Assembly (NCBI GenBank): GCA_903895855.1
Contig: CAITVN010000072.1
Coordinates: 67,932 to 131,931 of the forward strand
From: Oligoflexia bacterium
GTDB taxonomy: Bacteria; Bdellovibrionota; UBA1018
DNA length: 64,000 bases
Direction: 5' to 3'
Under the pieces are notes generated by a model. The model saw only the letters and a list, made by a program, of their open reading frames with translations. It searched no databases and was not told where the DNA came from. This document shows positions 49,203 to 58,411 of the stretch, one piece after another. Each line of letters starts with the position of its first letter. The first letter of the stretch is position 1. The position numbers and the translations under genes were made by a program.

Positions 49203-51155
49203 ATGAAGAACCCAATTGCGACCCGTTGTTTACTCAATGCACTGCCTATTCTAGCTCTCACGCTAGTTACTTCGCGTTTCACCTGGGCCAAAGCCGCATT
49301 GAAAGTCGACGATGAGGTCAAAAAAAATTACCAAGTCACGGTCTCATCAGATTTTCGAGTGACCATTCAGCGAGACAAAACCTTGACTCAAACAGGGGCA
49401 GAATCTATCACCCTGAAATTTAATTCTGCCTCTGAACTCGAGCACGCACTCAAAACTTACGACGCCCGCGAGCAACAACAAGAACTCGTCACGGCCACTG
49501 CACTCACCCACGCCATCACTTATGTTGCCAAAAATTCTACTGTGGCAGTCAACCCGAACCCTTCGCCAAACCCATCGAAAGAGTCTCAGTTCATTGACAA
49601 AAGAACCGGCGTGCCTCTGTCAACTCTTCAAGCAGCTGAACAGTTTGCGGCAGAAGCTCCAAAAAATCGCCATTTTTTGAGGGCATTTTCTGAAATATCA
49701 TTACTCATTGGTTTGGGCTGGGTCGGCTACAATTACCCTCTAGCCGAATTGAGCCTCGTCGACCACGATTTTAAAGATTCATTTGCTGGGCAGAAAGAAA
49801 AATACGGAAATCTCAAAGGCATGCGATTCGATAACAACCCGTTCATCATCAACCAGGGCCACGCCTTTGCCGGACTACTCTACTACTGGTCTGCACGCAC
49901 TAACGGATTTTCTACTTTCGAATCACTACTCTTTTCGTTTGCCGGTTCAGCAATGTGGGAAACTCTCGTCGAACGCCAAGAAGTCTTCGGAATCGGCGAC
50001 ATGATCACGACCCCGATGGGCGGCATGGCGATTGGCGAAACTTTCTATCAGTTAGGACAATTCTTCGACTCGGCTTCGCCGACCCTTGCTCACCGAATCT
50101 TAGGAGCCATCTTTGGCGGGCCTGAACACTTTCACCGTTGGCTCGACGATCGCGCACCGAACTCATCGAAGCATTACGACGCGCACGGGTTCAACTCACA
50201 AGTCTGGCACAAGTTAGGTTTAGATTTTGGCGTCGCCATCACAAAAGGCTTTTCAGGCCCGAACAATCAATTTAACCCGTTTGCTGCCCACCTAAAAGCC
50301 TCGTCCGAAATCATCAACGCCCCAAAATACGCAAAAGAAGGGCAGTTTTCTGGCATTCTTTCGAACGGTGAATTCACTAAGGCAGTGCTCTCGACTAATC
50401 TTGGCGAAGCCGGGTTGCAAGATTTTTGGTTCTTTGTCAAAACAGCCCTTGTTGGATACTATCACCACAATGCCACGCTCGACGAACAAGATCGCCTAAG
50501 TGGCTACTCTTACTTTGTTGGCCTATCGAGCGCTTTTGATCTGTCGATGCAGCAAAGCCCGCAGGGCCTAGATCAGATCGGTGCAGTTCACGTCGTCGGC
50601 TCTACTTTAGACACCACTTTCTATCATAAAGGAGTAAAAATTCGTGCCGTACTTGATGTCTACGGCGACTTCGCGCAGGTGCACTCGTATGCCGTCGACA
50701 AACTCTTTAACAAACTGGGTTGGACTGACATTCTAAAAGATGCCCGGGCCAAAGACGACCCGACTAACTATGATGAAGCGACTGATCACGGCACCGTTCT
50801 CGGCACAAAGTCGGTGTTAGAATACGATAAGACTTACATCGCTTACGGAATCACCGCTGAACTTCCGGTCGAAGTCGAATACTGCGGATTTTCAGCTGGA
50901 GCCAAAATCAAGGCTCAATCGTATCACTCAATTAACGGTCGCGATCGCTTTCAAGAGAAAATCAAACCTGGCCAAGATTTTAGCCTAAGCGATTCAAAAC
51001 TCATCGCCGGTGCGTGGATATCGTTTCCGTTGCCGATTGAATCGTCTGAGTTCAAATTCGAATATGAACACATCTGGCGCGACGGTACGGCAAAAGATGA
51101 AACCGTTGACGACGAAAGGTCTCAGTTTAAGGGCACGTTCAACTTGAGGTTCTAA
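49203..51155 (+). CDS. hypothetical outer-membrane/secreted protein
   Basis: 650 aa with a signal peptide and a C-terminal ...FNLRF, a beta-barrel-like terminal Phe. No recognised motif. Confidence 0.5.
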   Translation: MKNPIATRCLLNALPILALTLVTSRFTWAKAALKVDDEVKKNYQVTVSSDFRVTIQRDKTLTQTGAESITLKFNSASELEHALKTYDAREQQQELVTATALTHAITYVAKNSTVAVNPNPSPNPSKESQFIDKRTGVPLSTLQAAEQFAAEAPKNRHFLRAFSEISLLIGLGWVGYNYPLAELSLVDHDFKDSFAGQKEKYGNLKGMRFDNNPFIINQGHAFAGLLYYWSARTNGFSTFESLLFSFAGSAMWETLVERQEVFGIGDMITTPMGGMAIGETFYQLGQFFDSASPTLAHRILGAIFGGPEHFHRWLDDRAPNSSKHYDAHGFNSQVWHKLGLDFGVAITKGFSGPNNQFNPFAAHLKASSEIINAPKYAKEGQFSGILSNGEFTKAVLSTNLGEAGLQDFWFFVKTALVGYYHHNATLDEQDRLSGYSYFVGLSSAFDLSMQQSPQGLDQIGAVHVVGSTLDTTFYHKGVKIRAVLDVYGDFAQVHSYAVDKLFNKLGWTDILKDARAKDDPTNYDEATDHGTVLGTKSVLEYDKTYIAYGITAELPVEVEYCGFSAGAKIKAQSYHSINGRDRFQEKIKPGQDFSLSDSKLIAGAWISFPLPIESSEFKFEYEHIWRDGTAKDETVDDERSQFKGTFNLRF

Positions 51156-51177
51156 TCACCAGCGGTTTTTACCCTAA

Positions 51178-52686
51178 CTATTCATCTGACTTAATTTCTG
51201 AATTATCTTTTGACTTTTCATCAAGTTTCTCGTCATCGGTCTTTCGCATGCCGAGGTCTTTCATTTTAATTTGAAGTCCTTTTCTGGACAACCCTAACTT
51301 ATCGGCAGCCTTGGTCACATTGCCGGCGGTTTCGTCAAGTGCTCGTTCAATGAGTTCTCGCTCGACTACCTGGGTCTGACGCTTCACAATTTCTTTGAAA
51401 CTTGAGGTTTCTAATGCAGACTCTTCGATAGGCTTCATCGCCCCAGTCAACCCCGAAACCGAAGCAATGTCTTCAGGCAAGTCTCTCACATCCAAAACAT
51501 CAGATTCACACATCAGAATCATGCGTTCGACTGCGTTCTCAAGCTGCCGAATATTTCCGGGCCACGAAAAATTTTTCAAAGCCATCAAAGCGGTCGGTGA
51601 CATTTTATCTATTTTCTTTTTTAGTTTTTCATTGAATCGCCCAATGAACTTTTTCACAATCAACTCAATGTCATTTTTTCGGTCACGAAGAGGTGGCAAG
51701 TGAATCGGCACCACATTGAGGCGATAGAACAGATCTTCTCGAAATCGACCCAGTTTGACTTCATTTTCAAGATCTTTATTGGTCGCAGCGATGATTCGAA
51801 CATTCACCTTGATCGTCGAAACTCCGCCCACTCGTTCAAATTCTTGTTCTTGAAGTGCCCTGAGCAACTTCACCTGCATCTCAAGTGGCATTTCAGCCAC
51901 CTCATCCAAAAACAGTGTGCCCTCGTCAGCCAACTCAAACCGCCCTGGCTTCGAGGTGACCGCGCCAGTAAACGCCCCTTTTTCATGGCCGAATAATTCA
52001 CTCTCTATCAGGGTCGCGGGTATCGCCGCACAATTGATTTTGATAAACGTTTTATCTTTGCGATCACTTCGACTGTGAATTTCTAGCGCAACCAATTCTT
52101 TTCCGGTTCCGCTTTCACCCCAAATTAAGACCGTCGTGGGTGATGCCGCTATTTTTCGAATCACCCGAAACACATCTTGAATGGCCTGAGAACTACCGAT
52201 AATAGAACTTTTATTCTCGAAGACCGAGTCAACTTCGGGCCCAGTCTCATCAGCCACCAAATTAACCGATGATTCTAGATCTTTTTCTCTTTCTTTTGCG
52301 GTTGCAACCGCTTTTTCAATTGAGCGCAAGAGTTCGGCCTGGTCAAACGGCTTAGTGATAAAATCAAAAGCACCTTGCTTGAGGGCTGACACCGCGGCCT
52401 CAACAGTACCGTAGGCTGTGATCATCACGACTGGCAAATTAGGTCGAACCGATTGCACTACTTTGAGTAAGCCCATTCCATCAAGGCCGGGCATGTAAAG
52501 ATCGGTAACCAAAGTGTCGATCGGCTTGTCAGACTCGATTATCTTGCGTGCTTCAAGCGGATCGTTCGTCGCCATGACTTCAAACCCGGCTCGCTCAAGC
52601 ACAGCCTTAACAATAAAGGTAAGGTTCTTTTCGTCGTCAACAACCAATACTCTACTTTTAGCTTTCGCATCACTAGCTTTTGTCAT
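51178..52686 (-). CDS. sigma-54-dependent response regulator (NtrC family)
   Basis: REC domain (VLVVDDE...DLYMPGLDG), AAA+ domain ([14 protein letters not shown]) and a Fis-type HTH. Overlaps the kinase gene by 4 nt. Confidence 0.9.
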   Translation of the reverse strand: MTKASDAKAKSRVLVVDDEKNLTFIVKAVLERAGFEVMATNDPLEARKIIESDKPIDTLVTDLYMPGLDGMGLLKVVQSVRPNLPVVMITAYGTVEAAVSALKQGAFDFITKPFDQAELLRSIEKAVATAKEREKDLESSVNLVADETGPEVDSVFENKSSIIGSSQAIQDVFRVIRKIAASPTTVLIWGESGTGKELVALEIHSRSDRKDKTFIKINCAAIPATLIESELFGHEKGAFTGAVTSKPGRFELADEGTLFLDEVAEMPLEMQVKLLRALQEQEFERVGGVSTIKVNVRIIAATNKDLENEVKLGRFREDLFYRLNVVPIHLPPLRDRKNDIELIVKKFIGRFNEKLKKKIDKMSPTALMALKNFSWPGNIRQLENAVERMILMCESDVLDVRDLPEDIASVSGLTGAMKPIEESALETSSFKEIVKRQTQVVERELIERALDETAGNVTKAADKLGLSRKGLQIKMKDLGMRKTDDEKLDEKSKDNSEIKSDE

Positions 52687-54821
52687 TTCGCTTCAACCTT
52701 CATAGCGTAAGGTAGCACAATCGTAAAGCGAGCAAATCGCCCCTCTTCGCTGGTGACGTCAATTCTACCACGGTGAGCCTCAATGATACGACTGCAAATC
52801 GATAATCCAAGCCCAGTGCCACTAGAAGTGGTCGTGAAAAATGGAATAAAGATCTTATCGAGGTTTTCTTTCTTAATTCCAGGGCCATTATCTTCAATGC
52901 TCAAGAAAATTTCACGATTTAGGGCTTCACCCTCTAGCTCAATCGAAACTCGCACTTGACCGGCTGGCCTCCCCTCAAGTGCGCGGTAGCCATTCTGCAA
53001 TATATTGATGATCACTTGTTGAATTTGTTCGGGAGTACCGGTGATTCCAATCGATTCAGCCGATTCGGGTAGACTCACTTCGAGCTGCACAGCGGTAGAC
53101 AAACTCGGGCGCATGTGATCAACCGTCTTTACTAAGAGTTCTCTGAGATCAACCCACTTTTGCTCGATCGAGAAGGGCTTTGAATAGTCGAGAAACTGCG
53201 TGACCACGCGATTCAAGCGATCAACTTCTTCGATGATGATACGCAGAAAATGACTATCTGAACGCTCAACTCCCGGATCAAGGTATTGAGCCGCACCTTT
53301 TATCGCACCTAACGGATTTCTAATTTCATGGGCTAATCCTGCAGCCATTTCTCCCAAAGCGGCCAATCGCTCTTTTTCTCTCTGTCTGACGAAAATATCG
53401 AGGTTTCGCAACGCTTTTGCTGCTGCCTCAAAATAGGGATAAAGTATCTGTAAAAACCCCCAGTCTCCACCCCACGGTTCTGGAGGAGTGGGATTCTTAA
53501 AAATGACAAATCCGTATACTTTATCGCCGTCCATCAACGGTATCAAGAGATTAGCCTGAAATGACTTTAGGCCCTGAATTAGAATAGTCAACTGAGCTCG
53601 TTGAGTACGACTCGCCAATCGCTCTAATTCGCCCTCTAACAGAGCGTCTAACACCACAGGTATTTCACCCTTCTTTTTTTGCCTTTCACAAAACTCAACT
53701 AAAGGGTGATGCACCAACACTTCTCTGGGAATATCTCGGGCCAACCCTTCAGCCCGATCGGGTAAACGTACCTTACGAAATTTCGAGCCATCTCGCCGTA
53801 GTAAATACAGAGTCGACATTTCTGGTGCTAAGATTTGATCAATGACCCCAAATAGGTTTTGAAATAGCCCACCCAGATCAATCACATGGGTCAATCGCTG
53901 CTGCGACTCGAGCAGGGATTGTTCTAGTTTCTGGTATTTTTTACTCAACAAAGTTTGAGTAAGAACGCGTACGAAAGTTCGTAACGGGTCAAGAAGCATG
54001 AGTATTAAGAAAGAGGCAATGAACGAGTTGAGAAAGAACAATCCCGGACTGTTCTGAATCCACGCCACGAGTAACGAATAGACTCCAGTGAGAGTAAGAG
54101 CGACAACCAAGAGCACCAGAAATCTCGAAAAAAGTGCACCGAAGTTCAGCACCCGCTGCTGGGTAACCGCTTGACTGATAAAAAATAAATAGGCGGTTAA
54201 CCCCAAATTGCCGAACGAAGGTAGAACCTTGCCAAGACTCGGTACGTGATCCATCACTGACGTACAAAGAACCAATAGACCACCGATGTAAATAAAATGC
54301 CTTCGTTGAGTCAAACCCAGTACTGGAAGTTTCGCAATCTGACGAAAATCACGAGGAAGAGTTCGATCCTCCCACATTAAATGGGCCACTTCGAATACCA
54401 GCAATGCAGGCGAAAAATAGATGGTGTTCAGTACCCACGAAATAGAATCCATTCGAAGTACCCACAAGCCAGTCAACACGACAGCGAAAAGTAGAGAGAA
54501 CTCAAAAATTCGTTTCGACAGAGCGGCTGACTTTCTCGTCAAAACTTGCACGAAGGTCAAGCTACTGGGACCGATCCAGATACTAAAGAATAGATGCCAA
54601 CGGTACCAACCCACTCCTGGCCAAATTTTCTCTAACGAGAAAAATAGAGCCCAAAAGGTAATCACGCCACACATAACGGCAAATGCGACATAGAGTGTGT
54701 TTCGAACGTTCCTGGCTAGGGCTGAGAGGCCTAGGGCCAAACTAGACAAACAGACCCAAAGCGAAGATTGACCAAGGATATCCATAGAATCCACTTTTTC
54801 AGACAAATGCCCTACCGTCAA
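52683..54821 (-). CDS. membrane sensor histidine kinase
   Basis: About eight N-terminal TM helices, H-box HEIRNPL and HATPase_c motifs (NGxxA, G1/G2 boxes). Confidence 0.85.
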   Translation of the reverse strand: MTVGHLSEKVDSMDILGQSSLWVCLSSLALGLSALARNVRNTLYVAFAVMCGVITFWALFFSLEKIWPGVGWYRWHLFFSIWIGPSSLTFVQVLTRKSAALSKRIFEFSLLFAVVLTGLWVLRMDSISWVLNTIYFSPALLVFEVAHLMWEDRTLPRDFRQIAKLPVLGLTQRRHFIYIGGLLVLCTSVMDHVPSLGKVLPSFGNLGLTAYLFFISQAVTQQRVLNFGALFSRFLVLLVVALTLTGVYSLLVAWIQNSPGLFFLNSFIASFLILMLLDPLRTFVRVLTQTLLSKKYQKLEQSLLESQQRLTHVIDLGGLFQNLFGVIDQILAPEMSTLYLLRRDGSKFRKVRLPDRAEGLARDIPREVLVHHPLVEFCERQKKKGEIPVVLDALLEGELERLASRTQRAQLTILIQGLKSFQANLLIPLMDGDKVYGFVIFKNPTPPEPWGGDWGFLQILYPYFEAAAKALRNLDIFVRQREKERLAALGEMAAGLAHEIRNPLGAIKGAAQYLDPGVERSDSHFLRIIIEEVDRLNRVVTQFLDYSKPFSIEQKWVDLRELLVKTVDHMRPSLSTAVQLEVSLPESAESIGITGTPEQIQQVIINILQNGYRALEGRPAGQVRVSIELEGEALNREIFLSIEDNGPGIKKENLDKIFIPFFTTTSSGTGLGLSICSRIIEAHRGRIDVTSEEGRFARFTIVLPYAMKVEAK

Positions 54822-54879
54822 ATTCTGAACTCAAGCTGACCTATTTTGCATTCAACCTTAATTTTTTCCTCAAGAACTT

Positions 54880-55401
54880 TTGCACGATTCCGATCCGTTC
54901 ATTGGTATGACACACTCCGGGGCAAAACCCCGATTTCGAAGCAATCATGTCGAACTTGTGATCTTTTCAGCCGTAGGGCTGATCGTTCTGAGTTCGCTTC
55001 ACAGCCTACTGCAAGATTGGGGTAACCAGGCTCCCACCAGCCGACAGCCGAGCTCAATTGTCGAATCTCACACTCCCCCAATAGCAGCTAAAATCATTTC
55101 ACCCGAAGTTAACCTCAAATTCTACACTTCGCTCGAATTGCCCTGCGACGGTGAACCCCAGCTGCACGTGCAAACTCAGAAGGTACACTTTCACGGCGGT
55201 AACTGTTTTCCGGGAACGACTGAGATCAAAATTCTAAACCAAAAAGCGAGAAGATCGGCGTCTGTTTTTCTCGATGCTAAGAAAAATTCTTTTCAGACTG
55301 ACTACATTTCGCTTGAACCGGGTCAAAACACTCTGAGAGTCGAGCACCTCGGAGCCAACCACACCACCCAAGTTCAATTAATTCACATCGAACGCAACTA
55401 A
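54880..55401 (+). CDS. hypothetical membrane-anchored protein
   Basis: 173 aa with one TM helix. The start is probably internal (MTHSG). Confidence 0.4.
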   Translation: MHDSDPFIGMTHSGAKPRFRSNHVELVIFSAVGLIVLSSLHSLLQDWGNQAPTSRQPSSIVESHTPPIAAKIISPEVNLKFYTSLELPCDGEPQLHVQTQKVHFHGGNCFPGTTEIKILNQKARRSASVFLDAKKNSFQTDYISLEPGQNTLRVEHLGANHTTQVQLIHIERN

Positions 55402-55403
55402 CC

Positions 55404-56237
55404 TCAACGACTCACATTGAGATCAACTCGATCATTTTTTTTCATCATCTGCCAAATTTTCAGTTGGCGAATCACGCGCGCCACCCCTTCTAGTAGGGCA
55501 ATCACGACACCATGAATGCCATCTCGGTAGCCTTGATAATAGAACAGAGTTTTTAAGAAATGAGCAGGAAAGGCTGCAATCATCCGAAAGAGATGCGTTC
55601 TCTGCCCCTGCTCAAACCGATCTTTGGCTTCGATCGTGGTGTAGCGGTTCACCTTATCTAAAAATTTTTCAATCGTTAAATCTGACTTATGTAGTAATGG
55701 TTCATGAATTTCTCCTGGTGGCTTCAAAAATACCGGATACTCATGAACATCATTGATGTAGCGAACCCCCGTTTTACAAAAAAATCGGTCTTGATAGCTG
55801 GGATTCCACATTCCATGATGAATCGGTCTGCCCATGAAAAACTCACAGCGGCGCACTTTATAGGCTTGACGTTCGAGCGCCACCGAATCACTAAGAATTT
55901 CCCGAATTCGCGTGCGCAACTCTGGGGTACAGATTTCATCAGCATCGACCACGAAAACCCACTCATGCATCGACTGATCGAGTGAAAAATTTCGCTGATC
56001 TTTAAAGCCGGTCCAAGCCCGTTGAATAACCCTAATTCGTGCAGCCCAGGGTTTTGAGGGATCTAAGCACAGCTCGCGAGTTCGATCAGTGCTATTAGCA
56101 TCAACCACGATAATTTCGTCTGCCCAACCTAAACTTTCGAGGCAATTCGAAATTTTCATTTCTTCATTGAACGTGATGATAAGTGCAGAAACTGATTTCA
56201 TGTCGATTTTGTACCGCAAGCCGAAAGCTACAGTCAA
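55404..56237 (-). CDS. family 2 glycosyltransferase
   Basis: ALIITFNEE and VVDANSTD (DxD) motifs of GT2. Confidence 0.7.
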   Translation of the reverse strand: MTVAFGLRYKIDMKSVSALIITFNEEMKISNCLESLGWADEIIVVDANSTDRTRELCLDPSKPWAARIRVIQRAWTGFKDQRNFSLDQSMHEWVFVVDADEICTPELRTRIREILSDSVALERQAYKVRRCEFFMGRPIHHGMWNPSYQDRFFCKTGVRYINDVHEYPVFLKPPGEIHEPLLHKSDLTIEKFLDKVNRYTTIEAKDRFEQGQRTHLFRMIAAFPAHFLKTLFYYQGYRDGIHGVVIALLEGVARVIRQLKIWQMMKKNDRVDLNVSR

Positions 56238-56259
56238 AGGTGAACTGTCTGTCTTTGTT

Positions 56260-56913
56260 TTATTGAGATAATGACTGAAGCTTGACTAGCTCGAGATAAC
56301 AGTCCTGAAGAGTGTATACCATTCCTTCAACACGGCCTTGCAGGGCATAGCCGTAAAGTACGACCATCTTCTTAGCCACCATCGAAAGTTCAGCTTTACC
56401 TGAAACATTCGCGGGGCCCTTTGAAAGTTCGATCCGCTGTGCTTCATCGTCTAAGAAAGCCTGAGTCGTCGAAAGCAATTGCAATGACCATCGACTCCAG
56501 TAAACTCGATCTCGCTCTGCGAGAGGTAGCCAGTTTCGACCGGCCGCTGCTAGGGTGCGCCCTTTACCGGCTTTGTTAGGCTCAGGCTTGATCCAAATGT
56601 CGGCTACTTTTAGCTCGTTATTGGGGTCTTCTAATTCTGGCGCAAGCAAATCGGGATGAGACCAAGGCTTGAGCGCGAACAAGGCGGCCTCAATCTTCGA
56701 GAAAAGAAATCTCGAACTGCGAAGACTGAGCTCACTTTGATCATCTCTAGCCGTCTGTTGTCGACCAGACCCGCCGAGGGACCTGTGCGTTGCTGCAGAC
56801 GTGGCATCATTAAGGCTAGCGGTCTGACAGGCAACCAATGAGCATGAAGCTATCCAGCAGGTCAACGCCTGGCTAATCTGTCGGGTAGTAAGTCTCGTAG
56901 TCAGCTTCATCAC
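56260..56913 (-). CDS. hypothetical lipoprotein
   Basis: GTG start. Signal-like N-terminus with a possible lipobox LVAC. No recognised domain. Confidence 0.45.
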   Translation of the reverse strand: MMKLTTRLTTRQISQALTCWIASCSLVACQTASLNDATSAATHRSLGGSGRQQTARDDQSELSLRSSRFLFSKIEAALFALKPWSHPDLLAPELEDPNNELKVADIWIKPEPNKAGKGRTLAAAGRNWLPLAERDRVYWSRWSLQLLSTTQAFLDDEAQRIELSKGPANVSGKAELSMVAKKMVVLYGYALQGRVEGMVYTLQDCYLELVKLQSLSQ

Positions 56914-56961
56914 GAAGACCTATCGGCAAATAGTTCTGTAACCTTTTTACCGACTGTCATT

Positions 56962-57045
56962 TTTTCGAATTATTTCAATTTTTTCGACCGCCAGAATTTT
57001 TTCGAATTATTTTTAAAATTATTTTCGAATTATTTTCGAATTATT
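56962..57045. repeat. AT-rich tandem array of TTTTCGAATTAT(T) units with about 11-bp period
   Basis: Copies start at 56962, 56981 (TTTTCGACC variant), 56999, 57011 (TTTTAAAATTAT variant), 57022 and 57033. The last four are head-to-tail at 11-12 bp spacing. Each copy contains the palindrome TTCGAA. Confidence 0.8.
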
Positions 57046-57157
57046 TTTTGAAAAAAACAGATTCAACAAACTAAAATCACTACACAAACTAATTCACTCA
57101 GTTTTATCTCTGACTGTTTTAGTAAGATATAAGTACCCGGAAACGTTCATTTTTTCT

Positions 57158-57184
57158 TAAAGCTGCCAATTCTGTGACCGATAG
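57158..57184 (+). promoter_or_regulatory. sigma-28 (FliA)-type promoter for the flagellin gene
   Basis: TAAAG followed by 15 nt and then CCGATAG, against the consensus TAAA-N15-GCCGATAA. It lies about 90 nt upstream of the flagellin ATG. A GGAGA Shine-Dalgarno sits 8 nt before the ATG. Confidence 0.7.
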
Positions 57185-57273
57185 GATTGTTGTAAGCAGG
57201 CAGGGATTGCCGGCATACAAAAGAGGAAACAAAATTCACGGAGGAATTGATTCGATGAAACAAGGAGATTGAA

Positions 57274-58107
57274 ATGTCACTGCGTATCAATACAAATATT
57301 CAAGCAATCTCTGCTCAAAGACATTTGGCAAACAATGTCGGTAAGCAGAACGCGGCTCTAGAGCACCTAGCCTCTGGAACGAGAATCAACCGTGCTGGGG
57401 ACGATGCTGCCGGTTTAGCAATCAGCGAAAAGTTGAAGGCTAATATCAGAAGCATGAAGCAAGCAACTCGAAATGCCAACGATGGTATCTCGCTGGTGCA
57501 GGTGGCTGAAGGCGGAATGAATGAAGTTTCGAACATTCTTATCAGAATGCGCGAACTTTCAATTCAGAGTTCTTCTGACACGATAGCCCAGCCAGAACGA
57601 CAATTCGTTGACAAAGAAATTCAAAATCTCAAGAGTGAAATCGAACGTATCGGTCAAAGTTCAGAATTCAACGGCGTTAAACTGTTGAATGGAACCGCGG
57701 GTCCACTTGATATTCAAATCGGGATCAACAACGTTTCAGCTGAAGATCGCTTCGTTTTCGATACGTCGATTCTAACCACTACTCTGGGTTCGCTCAAAAT
57801 TGGTGATGTTTCGACAAAGAATAAAGAAGAAGCCCAAGGCAACATGGCAATGATTGACGCAGCCATGCAACAGCTCAACGAAAATCGTTCGAGTTTGGGT
57901 GCTCTTCAAAATCGACTCACCAGTTCGATCAGCAACTTGAATCTCTATCGTGAGAATTTAGAAGGCGCCAATAGCCGAATTCGCGATACTGACATGGCTG
58001 AAGAAACCAGTGAGCTCACTAAGCAAAACATCTTGACCCAAGCCAACGTCTCGGTGTTGTCGCAAGCGAATCAAAATCCACAGCTTGCGATCAAATTATT
58101 GAGCTAA
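57274..58107 (+). CDS. fliC: flagellin
   Basis: 277 aa with conserved flagellin N-terminus (MSLRINTNIQA...AGLAISEK) and C-terminus (LSQANQNPQLAIKLLS). The central domain is short. Confidence 0.9.
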   Translation: MSLRINTNIQAISAQRHLANNVGKQNAALEHLASGTRINRAGDDAAGLAISEKLKANIRSMKQATRNANDGISLVQVAEGGMNEVSNILIRMRELSIQSSSDTIAQPERQFVDKEIQNLKSEIERIGQSSEFNGVKLLNGTAGPLDIQIGINNVSAEDRFVFDTSILTTTLGSLKIGDVSTKNKEEAQGNMAMIDAAMQQLNENRSSLGALQNRLTSSISNLNLYRENLEGANSRIRDTDMAEETSELTKQNILTQANVSVLSQANQNPQLAIKLLS

Positions 58108-58354
58108 ACATGAGTTTCAGCGATGAGCACTTAACTCATTGCCACCTCATGTCTTCACCCTAGACGCACAAACGAAATCAAATCTGATCTACGCGGTGGT
58201 TAATCACAGCAAGCCAAAGGTCACAAATTTGAAACTCTGAGGTCTCGACGGTGAAGCTTAGTAATCGTGTTTCAAGTAATACGAATCAATCTTAACCTCT
58301 AAATTCTAGCAGAATTTGAGAGTACACTCGGAGAGTTTACTCTCGATACGCAGC

Positions 58355-58398
58355 AAACGGGAACCTTCTATCAAAAGAAGTGTTCCCGTTTGATTTTT
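58355..58398. terminator. bidirectional intrinsic terminator between the flagellin and DAHP synthase genes
   Basis: AAACGGGAAC, a 17-nt loop, GTTCCCGTTT (10-bp perfect stem), then GATTTTT. The A-run on the other side makes it usable from both strands. Confidence 0.8.
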
Positions 58399-58411
58399 AT
58401 TTCACCGAAAA

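Noticed and set aside
56962-57045. Tandem array considered as a CRISPR-like array
   Set aside because: The units are 11-12 bp and AT-only without spacers, and there are no cas genes. It is a simple phased AT-rich repeat.
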